A stretch of 24,000 bases of DNA from Chitinimonas sp. (lineage in GTDB: Bacteria; Pseudomonadota; Gammaproteobacteria; Burkholderiales; Chitinimonadaceae), in the NCBI RefSeq assembly GCF_036568685.1, contig NZ_DATCSC010000130.1:12565-36564 (forward strand), written 5' to 3'. A program made the translations under genes and the position numbers. The notes below the pieces were generated by a model. The model did not search any database, was not told the DNA's origin, and saw nothing but the letters and a program-made list of their open reading frames with translations. Below are positions 6,327-13,728 of the stretch, piece by piece (within the stretch, counting starts at the first letter, position 1; the number at the start of each line of letters is the position of its first letter).

Positions 6327-8403
6327 TCGCCGCCACCAGGCGATCACGACCCGCCGTCTTGGCTTGATAGAGGGCGGTGTCGGCCCGCTTCACCAATCCT
6401 TCTGCAGTATCGTTACGGTGGTAGTCGGCCACGCCGGCCGAGACGGTCACAGTACCCAAGAGCTGGCCGGCGTAGTTCACCTCCATCGTCCGTACGGCCT
6501 GCAATACCCGCTCCACGCATTCACGGGCCATGGCCAGATCGGTCTGCGGCAGGATCAGCATGAACTCCTCACCGCCATAGCGGCAGGCAATGTCGCTATC
6601 GCGTGAAGAAAGCTTGAGCACCGCGCCGAATTCACGCAGCAGCACGTCGCCGGCATCGTGACCAAAGGTATCGTTGAAGCGCTTGAAATGGTCCACGTCC
6701 AACATGGCCACCGTGAGCGGCTGGCCGGAGCGGGCCGAGCGGCTGAGCTCCAGGTCCAGCGTGGCCTCCAGGAAGCGGCGATTGAATAGCCCGGTCAATG
6801 GGTCGTGCATGGACTGGTAGCGCAGTTGCTCGCGCAGCCGCAGGTTGGAGAGGGCCAGCGCGCACTGTTCGGCCACCGTGCCGGCAAAGCGGGCCAGGGC
6901 ATCCTGCCCCCGCGCCAGCGCCACACCGTCGAGCGAGAGAAAGAGCAGCCCCATGGTCTCGCCCTGCGCCACCATGGGCACGCACAGATAGCCCTCGGGC
7001 GGCTTGTCCTGGTTCTGCACATGGGCGCAGCACAGGCCTCCCTCCTCCTCACAGACCCTATGCACCCGGCCACGCCGGATCGCCCAGCAATCATCCGGCT
7101 GGATCACCTGCGGCGGCGTACCGATCTCGCCCCAGCTACCGCACAGCTCCAGGTAGTTGCGCGAGGCCGCCAACAGGTACAGGGCACCCGGCGCACCTTG
7201 GAACAAGCCGGCTGCCGAGCTGGAGAGCACGCCGCAGGCCTCCTTTTCGTCGCGACAGGTCTGCAACACATTGGCCAGCTCGCTGAGTTTGGAGATCTCG
7301 TAATTTTGGTGCGCCAGCTCGGCCATGCCCTCGCTGAGCTGCACGTTGAGCGCCTTGAGGTTGTCGGCGTCGCGCTTGAGGTGGGTCACATCACGGAACA
7401 CGGTTACCCCACCGGTCTGCTCCCCGCTCTCGGTCAGGATGGGCATGCTGTTGAAGGACAACCAGCTGGTGTCGCCGTGCTGCCCCACCAGCTGCAGCCG
7501 CTCGCCCACCACCAGGTCGCCTTGGAGCGCGCGCTCCAGGGGCATCTGGGTCTCTTCGTAGGGTGTGCCGTCGGCGTGCAGTATCTTGACCAGGCCGCTA
7601 CGCGCTGCCTGGCGGAAGGTGGTCAGCCGGCTACCGATGATGCGCTCGGCCGCCGGGTTGGTCAGCAGCGCGCGACCATCCCGGTCGGCCACGATCACGC
7701 CCTCGTGCATGCTATTGAGCACGCCGCGCAAAATCACCGACTGCTCGCTGGCCGCCACCTCGGCGGCGCTGCGCGAGCGGATGATGCGCACCAGGTAGGC
7801 AAAGATACAGCCGAACAGCAGCGCATCGATCAGCGCAATGGCCACGAATACCAACACGGCCAGCTCGGCATTGCTGTTGGCGCGATAGACATGCTCCATG
7901 CGGCGCATCCGCTCTGCCGAAGACAGCCGGGTGATCGTCGCCCGCAGGGTCTGCATCATGCTGTTGCCGTGATCGTTGGCCACCAGGCGCTCAGCTTCCT
8001 CAGCCCTGCCCTGCTGCATCAGCTCCACCGTGAGCTTGAGCTCGTCGAGCTTGCGCTGGGCCTGTTCCTCCAGATACTTCAGCCGCTCCTCCTGTTCTGG
8101 CCGGTCTGCCAGCAGGGTATGCAAGGTCTCCAGGTTGACCTGCACCTCGTGCTGGGCCATGTCGTAGGGCTGCAGATAAGCCCGGTTGCGGGTCAGGAGG
8201 TAGCCGCGCTGGCCGGTCTCGGCCTCGATCAGGTTACCGCGCAGTTCGGTCAGGGTATCGAGCAGGCGTTGCGAGGCCTCGGCGCGGTGGCTGGTACTGA
8301 CCAGCGATTCGACAAAGTAGTACGGCACCAAGGCATTGAGCAGCAAGGTGACGACCGCGATCAAGAAACCGAGGACCAGCGGCTTGGGTAGGCCTTTGAG
8401 CAT
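6322..8403 (-). CDS. Membrane-anchored diguanylate cyclase, CHASE3-PAS-GAF-GGDEF
   Basis: ATG at 8403 with GGAG 6 nt upstream; 693 aa. It has an N-terminal TM followed by the CHASE3 signature LIEAETGQRGYLLTRNRAYLQPY and a second TM. These are followed by PAS (MHEGVIVADRDGRALLTNPAAERIIG), GAF (...VPMVAQGETMGLLFLS) and GGDEF (LDVDHFKRFNDTFGHDAGD...RYGGEEFMLIL). An RxxD I-site (RDSD) lies 5 residues before GGEEF. Confidence 0.9.
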   Translation of the reverse strand: MLKGLPKPLVLGFLIAVVTLLLNALVPYYFVESLVSTSHRAEASQRLLDTLTELRGNLIEAETGQRGYLLTRNRAYLQPYDMAQHEVQVNLETLHTLLADRPEQEERLKYLEEQAQRKLDELKLTVELMQQGRAEEAERLVANDHGNSMMQTLRATITRLSSAERMRRMEHVYRANSNAELAVLVFVAIALIDALLFGCIFAYLVRIIRSRSAAEVAASEQSVILRGVLNSMHEGVIVADRDGRALLTNPAAERIIGSRLTTFRQAARSGLVKILHADGTPYEETQMPLERALQGDLVVGERLQLVGQHGDTSWLSFNSMPILTESGEQTGGVTVFRDVTHLKRDADNLKALNVQLSEGMAELAHQNYEISKLSELANVLQTCRDEKEACGVLSSSAAGLFQGAPGALYLLAASRNYLELCGSWGEIGTPPQVIQPDDCWAIRRGRVHRVCEEEGGLCCAHVQNQDKPPEGYLCVPMVAQGETMGLLFLSLDGVALARGQDALARFAGTVAEQCALALSNLRLREQLRYQSMHDPLTGLFNRRFLEATLDLELSRSARSGQPLTVAMLDVDHFKRFNDTFGHDAGDVLLREFGAVLKLSSRDSDIACRYGGEEFMLILPQTDLAMARECVERVLQAVRTMEVNYAGQLLGTVTVSAGVADYHRNDTAEGLVKRADTALYQAKTAGRDRLVAAS

Positions 8404-8611
8404 GTAGGGCTCCGGGGGCGATGAAGGCGGGACGACGTTTCATCTTAGGCTGGCAGCACAAACCTGTGCCACATGCCGCTGGTCGGCAAAATCATGCAGA
8501 CATGCCCCGTATGCTATGCGTTTGGGCGTTTTCCCCCAAATAGAGGATGGCATCCGTCCCTGCGCTGCGCGATATTGTGAGTTTGTCATAGCACGCGCCC
8601 TCCCCTGCGCC

Positions 8612-9391
8612 ATGCCTTGCAAACTGCTCAGCCAGGCCGATCAGGCCGAGATCGTCAACTACCTGCGCCGTCAGGTGGACGCCGGCACGCGCCCTTCGCA
8701 GCTGTTTCGCTGCGTGCGCTACGACTACCCCGGCCTGCGCCCCTGGCAGTTTGGCGAATTGCTGGCGGCGGCCTATGCCCCATACGGCCAGGACTTCCCC
8801 TTCTTCACCATCAGCTGGCAAGACCGCCCAAGCTGCCCGGCCTGGGACCGGCACTACGATCTGCAGGTGATCGCCGTGCTCTTGCGCACCGGCCAGGTCA
8901 AGGCCTGGACCAGCGACTTCTGCAGTCAGGAATGGAAGAAGCTGCAGCCCCTGCTGGCCGAGGAGGTAGCAGCGCAACACGCCCGCGAACTGGCCGATCT
9001 GCACCAGGACCGTTTACTGGCGCGGGTGGCGCAACTGCCTGGCCAGCCGGTGTGCGTGCAAGTGGCCTGGCTGGGTGATGCCAACGGCTGGTCGCTCAAG
9101 CTCTCCATCTATATGCAGCTTGATGGCGACCCGGAGGAATTCGAGCTCGCCACCGTGGCCACCGGTGCCTACCTGCAGTTCGCCCTCTACCCGGACAAAC
9201 GCGCCAAGCCCTGCGGCGAGGCTGGCCTGCTCTCGCAGGTGGCGGCCGGGCTGGCCAAGACGCTGGGCCTGCCCTACCACTTTGCCTCCCCAAATCGCCC
9301 GGACGATACCGCCCTGACCTGGCTCGAAACCCTGCACGTGCTGCGCGGCAATCCGGCACCACGGCGCGGCTATCAAGGCCCCTTGCCTTAG
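8612..9391 (+). CDS. Hypothetical protein (259 aa), no recognisable domain
   Basis: The ORF is long with strong GC3 bias. ATG 8612 was chosen (MPCKLLSQADQAEIVNYL...), and ATG 8516 is an in-frame alternative. Neither has an SD. The product is soluble and Trp/Cys-containing, with no motif I recognise. Confidence 0.6.
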   Translation: MPCKLLSQADQAEIVNYLRRQVDAGTRPSQLFRCVRYDYPGLRPWQFGELLAAAYAPYGQDFPFFTISWQDRPSCPAWDRHYDLQVIAVLLRTGQVKAWTSDFCSQEWKKLQPLLAEEVAAQHARELADLHQDRLLARVAQLPGQPVCVQVAWLGDANGWSLKLSIYMQLDGDPEEFELATVATGAYLQFALYPDKRAKPCGEAGLLSQVAAGLAKTLGLPYHFASPNRPDDTALTWLETLHVLRGNPAPRRGYQGPLP

Positions 9392-9403
9392 GGTCTCCTA
9401 GGC

Positions 9404-10189
9404 TTACTGCATAAACCAGCCATGGCTCACCACCAGTGACTGGCCGGTGAGCGCATTGGTGGGGAAGGACGCAAACATCAAGGCCACCTGGGCCACGTCG
9501 GCCGTGGTGGTGAATTCGCCGTCCACCGTCTCCTTGAGCATCACATTCTTGACCACTTCCTGCTCGCTGATGCCCAGGGTCTTGGCCTGTTCAGGAATCT
9601 GCTTTTCCACCAGCGGGGTGCGCACAAAGCCTGGGCAGATCACGTTGGCGCGGATATTGTGCGCCGCGCCTTCCTTGGCCACGGTCTTGGCGAGGCCGAT
9701 CAGGCCGTGCTTGGCGGTGACATAGGGAGCCTTGAGCAGCGAGGCTTCCTTGGAGTGCACTGAGCCCATATAGATGATGCTGCCACCCTTGCCGCTGGCG
9801 ATCATCTGCTTCACGCAGGCGCGGGTGGTCAAGAAGGCGCCATCAAGGTGGATCGCCAGCATCTTCTTCCAGTCGGCAAAGCTGAACTCATGCACCGGGT
9901 GCACGATCTGGATGCCGGCATTGCTGATCAGCACGTCGATATTGCCCAGCGCGGCGACCGCCTGCTGTACCGAGGCATCGACCTGTTCCTCGTTGGTCAC
10001 ATCCACCGCGACGCCGATGGCCTTGACGCCCAACTTGGCAATCTCAGCCGCCGTGGCGTCGGCCGCTTCCTTGTTCAGGTCCGCCACCACGATATGCGCC
10101 CCTGCGCGGGCGAACTCGATTGCAATCTCCTTGCCGATGCCGCTGGCTGCTCCGGTGATATAGGCCACCTTGTTATCCAAACTTGCCAT
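9404..10189 (-). CDS. bdhA: 3-hydroxybutyrate dehydrogenase (SDR family)
   Basis: ATG at 10189 with AGGAGG upstream; 261 aa. Motifs are [17 protein letters not shown] (NAD binding), [29 protein letters not shown] (catalytic S...YxxxK) and [15 protein letters not shown], ending in HGWFMQ, as in characterised D-beta-hydroxybutyrate dehydrogenases. The ORF-track N-terminal extension to 10555 overlaps the neighbouring gene and is rejected. Confidence 0.9.
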   Translation of the reverse strand: MASLDNKVAYITGAASGIGKEIAIEFARAGAHIVVADLNKEAADATAAEIAKLGVKAIGVAVDVTNEEQVDASVQQAVAALGNIDVLISNAGIQIVHPVHEFSFADWKKMLAIHLDGAFLTTRACVKQMIASGKGGSIIYMGSVHSKEASLLKAPYVTAKHGLIGLAKTVAKEGAAHNIRANVICPGFVRTPLVEKQIPEQAKTLGISEQEVVKNVMLKETVDGEFTTTADVAQVALMFASFPTNALTGQSLVVSHGWFMQ

Positions 10190-10243
10190 ACCTGCCTCCT
10201 GCTTGCTGTGTTGGGGTTGATGACCACGGACACGCCGGGCCAT

Positions 10244-10256
10244 GCTGCAATGCAGC
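10244..10256. promoter_or_regulatory. 13-nt perfect palindrome upstream of bdhA (possible operator)
   Basis: GCTGCA-A-TGCAGC lies 55-67 nt upstream of the bdhA ATG. Confidence 0.25.
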
Positions 10257-10361
10257 GTAGTACGAAAGGATGGGAGTTGCCGGGCGAGATGAGGTTCCCG
10301 GCGAGCCGCGTGGAATAGCGTGAGGCGTAGGACCTGCGGGCAAGGTGGCCGGCAGCCGCCC

Positions 10362-11108
10362 TCAGCGTTTACTGGAGAGACTGATATGCGCGTTGATGCG
10401 CTCCATCCATTCCTCAGGCACCGACTGGGTACAGAGCAGATGGCGGTGCTCGCCCTTGGGCATATCGGCCAGCGCCCATAGCCGCAGGCCGCTGATCGCG
10501 CCGCCTTGTTGCTCGAACAGGTAGCGGGCCTCCTCGCCCGGCACCACGACCACATCGCCTATGCCTCTGCGCAGCATGTCCAGCATCTCGCTGGTCTCGT
10601 AGTAGGTGGTGATGGTGTGCGACTTGGCGTCCTGCAGCGCAGCGCGTAGCTCGGGCACGCTGGCCACCCGCTCCTTGACCAGAAAACGGTGTGCCTTGTT
10701 ACGCATTACCTCTATGAACCGCTTTTCCTTGAGCTCGTAGTTGGCCCGAGTCACAAAGACCAGCGGTGTATCGAGGTAGATGGGCACAGAAAAACGCCCC
10801 CAGCGCTGCCGTTCAGCCGTCTTGTAGAACAGGGTACCGCAGGCCTTGCCCTGATTGGCCTGCAACAGTGCCAGTTGGCGGTTCCAGGGCATTTTCACCC
10901 AGGTATAGGGTATGCCGGCCCGCTTGAGCGCCCGCTCCACCGGCTCGGCCGTCAGGCCATCCACATCCCCCTGCTCATTGGTACCGATAAAGGGCGGCCG
11001 CTCCAGGTAGTAGAGCGTCAGGGTCTCGTCCGCGTGCGCTTGGGGCAACAGGCCGACACAGGCCAAAGCAGCCGGGATGCACAGAGGGGTATGCAATAGG
11101 CGGGGCAT
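10362..11108 (-). CDS. Periplasmic solute-binding protein, family 3 (amino-acid-ABC-type SBP fold), orphan
   Basis: ATG at 11108. The signal peptide is [40 protein letters not shown]...[29 protein letters not shown] matches the SBP_bac_3 N-lobe pattern. No permease or ATPase gene is adjacent. Confidence 0.75.
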   Translation of the reverse strand: MPRLLHTPLCIPAALACVGLLPQAHADETLTLYYLERPPFIGTNEQGDVDGLTAEPVERALKRAGIPYTWVKMPWNRQLALLQANQGKACGTLFYKTAERQRWGRFSVPIYLDTPLVFVTRANYELKEKRFIEVMRNKAHRFLVKERVASVPELRAALQDAKSHTITTYYETSEMLDMLRRGIGDVVVVPGEEARYLFEQQGGAISGLRLWALADMPKGEHRHLLCTQSVPEEWMERINAHISLSSKR

Positions 11109-11204
11109 GGTACGGGGCTCGGTGCGTCGTAGGGCTCGCTTCAATCTTAGTGCCTGGCCCCGATCTTTTCAGGGCAGACCCGGCCGTGAAGAATTGTTGG
11201 TCAA

Positions 11205-11225
11205 ATTTGCACAGTCATAGCAAAT
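11205..11225. promoter_or_regulatory. Inverted repeat in the AT-rich divergent promoter region between the SBP and SDR genes
   Basis: ATTTGC-N9-GCAAAT lies inside the only markedly AT-rich stretch of this intergenic region (about 11190-11250). A TTGGTC hexamer lies immediately upstream at 11197-11202. Confidence 0.3.
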
Positions 11226-11332
11226 AATGTGTATTTATCCAAACAGCTCTCAAGGGAAGAATGGCCACCACTGCAGCAGGAGGCAGCACCACCGCCCCGG
11301 CCCAGCCCTTCTACCCAATACGGAGCAAGACC

Positions 11333-12088
11333 ATGACCCAGCAAGCCCAGACCCAGCAGCAAGTTGCCATCGTCACCGGCGCCTCCCGCGGCATTGGCGC
11401 CGCCATCGCCCAGCGTCTGGCGCGTGACGGCTACGCCGTCGTCGTGAACTACGCCAGCAGCAGTGCCGAGGCCGAGGCCCTGGTCGGCCGCATCGAAGCC
11501 ACCGGTGGCCGCGCCATCGCGGTGAAGGGCGACGTGGCCGACCCGGCAGCCGTGCGCCAGTTGTTCGATGTCACCGTCGCCGCCTTCGGCAAGGTGGACG
11601 TGTTGATCAACAACGCCGGCATCCTGCCCTCGCACCTACCTACCCTGGCCGATACCGACGACGCCACCTTCGATCGCCAGTTCGCCATCAATGTGAAGGG
11701 CAGCTTCAACACCATGCGCGAAGCCGCCACCCGGCTGGCCCACGGCGGCCGCATCGTCAACTTCTCCACCAGCATCATCGGCCTCTCCATGCCGGGCTAC
11801 TCGGGCTATGCCGCCACCAAGGGCGCCATCGAAGTGATGACCGCCATCCTGGCCAAGGAGCTGCGCGGCAAAAACATTACCGTCAACGCCGTCGCCCCCG
11901 GCCCTACCGCCACCGATCTGTTCCTGAACGGCAAGACCGATGAAACCATAGACCGCCTGGCCAAGCTCAACCCGCTGGAGCGCCTGGGCAAGCCGGAAGA
12001 TATCGCCAATACCGTGGCCTTCCTGGTCGGCCCCGAGGGTGGCTGGATCAATGGCCAGACCCTGCGTGCCAATGGCGGCATGGTCTAG
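11333..12088 (+). CDS. SDR-family oxidoreductase (FabG-like)
   Basis: ATG at 11333 with GGAG 8 nt upstream. Motifs are VAIVTGASRGIGAAIA, NNAGI and a catalytic S...YAATKGA pattern. 251 aa. The ORF-track start 11261 would add a low-complexity 24-aa extension. Confidence 0.85.
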   Translation: MTQQAQTQQQVAIVTGASRGIGAAIAQRLARDGYAVVVNYASSSAEAEALVGRIEATGGRAIAVKGDVADPAAVRQLFDVTVAAFGKVDVLINNAGILPSHLPTLADTDDATFDRQFAINVKGSFNTMREAATRLAHGGRIVNFSTSIIGLSMPGYSGYAATKGAIEVMTAILAKELRGKNITVNAVAPGPTATDLFLNGKTDETIDRLAKLNPLERLGKPEDIANTVAFLVGPEGGWINGQTLRANGGMV

Positions 12089-12103
12089 GGCGCGACAGCG
12101 CCC
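12088..12103 (+). terminator. Short GC stem-loop immediately after the first SDR gene (possible attenuator or weak terminator)
   Basis: GGGCGC / GACA / GCGCCC forms a 6-bp stem that starts at the last base of the stop codon. There is no U-tract. Confidence 0.25.
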
Positions 12104-12171
12104 TGCTCAGCACAGGACAAATCAGGCCGATTCCATGCGGCATCGGCTCACACGATTCGAAAGGAAGCACC

Positions 12172-13053
12172 ATGAAATCCATCGTCCTCGTCACCGGCGC
12201 AGGCACCGGCATTGGCAAACTCAGCGCCCTGGCACTGGCCCAGGCCGGCCACACCGTCTACGCCAGCCTGCGCGATATTCACGGCCGCAACGCCGCCAAG
12301 GCAGCCGAACTCAAGGCCACCTCCCGCAATATCCATATCGTCGAGCTCGACGTGCTCTCGCAAGCCTCGGCCGACGCTGCCGTCGCCAGCATCCTGGCCG
12401 AGCAGGGCCGGCTCGATGTGGTCATGCACAACGCCGGCCATCTGGTGGTGGGCCCGGCCGAGGCCTATACGCCGGAGGAGATCAGCAAGGTCTTCGACAC
12501 CAACTTCCTGGGCACCCAACGGGTCAACCGCGCGGTACTGCCGATCATGCGCAAGCAGGAGGCAGGCCTTGTGCTGTGGATCAGTTCCACTACCGTGCGC
12601 GGTGGCTTTCCGCCCTTTCTGGGCCCTTACGCTGCCGCCAAGGCGGCCATGGATAGCCTGGCGGTGAGCTATGCCTACGAACTGGCACGCTTTGGCATCG
12701 AGACCAGCATCGTTGTACCCGGTGCCTTTACCCGCGGCACCGATCACTTTCCCAGCGCTGGCAAGCCGGCCGATGCCATCACCGCGGCCGGCTATGCCCG
12801 CTACGACGGCCTGATGGACCAGGTCGGCGCCCGCCTGAGCGCCCTCACCCCCGAGCATGCCGACCCGCAGGCGGTGGCCGACGAAGTCTCGCGCATCGTC
12901 GGTCTGCCGCAAGGCCGGCGACCCATGCGCAGCGTGATCGACTTTGTAGGGGATGGCGCCGAGGAGGTCACGGCACTGGCCGAGCAGGTACGTATCGACT
13001 TTGCCGAGCGCATCGGCATCGCCGACTTGCTGACCCCAAGCGTGGCTCATTGA
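12172..13053 (+). CDS. SDR-family oxidoreductase (classical, 293 aa)
   Basis: ATG at 12172 with AAGGAAG upstream. Motifs are VLVTGAGTGIGKLSALALA, HNAGH and S...YAAAKAA. Confidence 0.85.
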   Translation: MKSIVLVTGAGTGIGKLSALALAQAGHTVYASLRDIHGRNAAKAAELKATSRNIHIVELDVLSQASADAAVASILAEQGRLDVVMHNAGHLVVGPAEAYTPEEISKVFDTNFLGTQRVNRAVLPIMRKQEAGLVLWISSTTVRGGFPPFLGPYAAAKAAMDSLAVSYAYELARFGIETSIVVPGAFTRGTDHFPSAGKPADAITAAGYARYDGLMDQVGARLSALTPEHADPQAVADEVSRIVGLPQGRRPMRSVIDFVGDGAEEVTALAEQVRIDFAERIGIADLLTPSVAH

Positions 13054-13065
13054 AACAGACCACGG

Positions 13066-13100
13066 TTGGAACAAATAAGGGCGAGCCGCTGGCTCGCCCT
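13066..13100 (-). terminator. Rho-independent terminator of the pqi operon
   Basis: AGGGCGAGCC / GCT / GGCTCGCCCT forms a 10-bp stem at 13078-13100. It starts 22 nt after the pqiC stop and is followed on the minus strand by TATTTGTT. Confidence 0.65.
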
Positions 13101-13122
13101 ACTGCGTGGTGCGGTGAGGTAA

Positions 13123-13728
13123 TCAGCCGCAGCCAGCCTGCCCCGCCGCATAGGCCTGCACACTCGCCGCCAGCCGGGCCGAGAGCTGGGCCAGCAAGGT
13201 CTGCAACGCGGCAACCTGGCCTTCGCCATCGAGCGGTGCCGCGCGGCTGAATTCGGCCGTGCACTGCTGCTTGGCTTGTTCGCTTGCGTCGGCACGGCTC
13301 AAGGTCCAGCCCGCCTCGATCGCCGCCTGGCCCCCCGGCCATACATCAAAGCGCTGTAGCACCAGCCTGGCGCGAACCAAGGGCTGGCCGGCGCCACGCG
13401 GCAGGGCATCGAGGTTGGGCGTGCCCAGCCGGCGCGCCACGTCGGCCGCCAGCATGGCACGGACCTCCTCGCCCAAGGGAGCGGCCCAGCGCTCGCCTTC
13501 CAGCACCGCAAGGCTGCTCAGGTCTTGCCGCACCACCCGCTCCTCGCGGTCCACCGCGGCCGGCACCGTGACCGGCAAGAGCTGGAACTGGTAGGCCGGT
13601 GGCGCAACCACCAACGGGCTGGCCGGCGGTGGTTGCAGGGTGTAGTAGCGCAAGGGCGTGGAGGTGCAGCCCGCCATCAGGCATAAGATGCCCAGGCCCG
13701 CTGCGCGCAAGGTGATGGTGTTCATCAT
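13123..13728 (-). CDS. pqiC: PqiC/YmbA-family lipoprotein (MCE transport auxiliary component)
   Basis: Lipobox LMAG/C after an N-terminal signal. It matches the PqiC pattern YYTL...LLPVTVPAAVDR...WAAPLGEEV. The start overlaps the pqiB stop (ATGATGA at 13722-13728). Confidence 0.8.
   Translation of the reverse strand: MMNTITLRAAGLGILCLMAGCTSTPLRYYTLQPPPASPLVVAPPAYQFQLLPVTVPAAVDREERVVRQDLSSLAVLEGERWAAPLGEEVRAMLAADVARRLGTPNLDALPRGAGQPLVRARLVLQRFDVWPGGQAAIEAGWTLSRADASEQAKQQCTAEFSRAAPLDGEGQVAALQTLLAQLSARLAASVQAYAAGQAGCG

Noticed and set aside
6805-8391. Very long ORFs antisense to annotated genes. Examples: 6805-8391 (+) opposite the GGDEF gene, 12148-13074 (-) opposite the SDR, 4319-5125 (-) opposite the GST, 16734-17615 (-) and 18015-18746 (-) opposite the AI-2E gene, 19588-20433 (-) opposite the LysR, and 2620-3537 (+).
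   Set aside because: This is the typical high-GC artefact, because stop codons are rare on the antisense strand. The translations are Arg/Gly/Ala/Pro/His-rich low-complexity sequence with no motifs, while the sense-strand products have clear family signatures and GC3 bias.
10190-10555. N-terminal extension of the bdhA ORF to 10555 (383-aa ORF in the track).
   Set aside because: The extension overlaps the 3' end of the solute-binding-protein gene in another frame and is Arg/Cys/Ser-rich nonsense. An internal ATG at 10189 with an AGGAGG SD gives the canonical 261-aa dehydrogenase.
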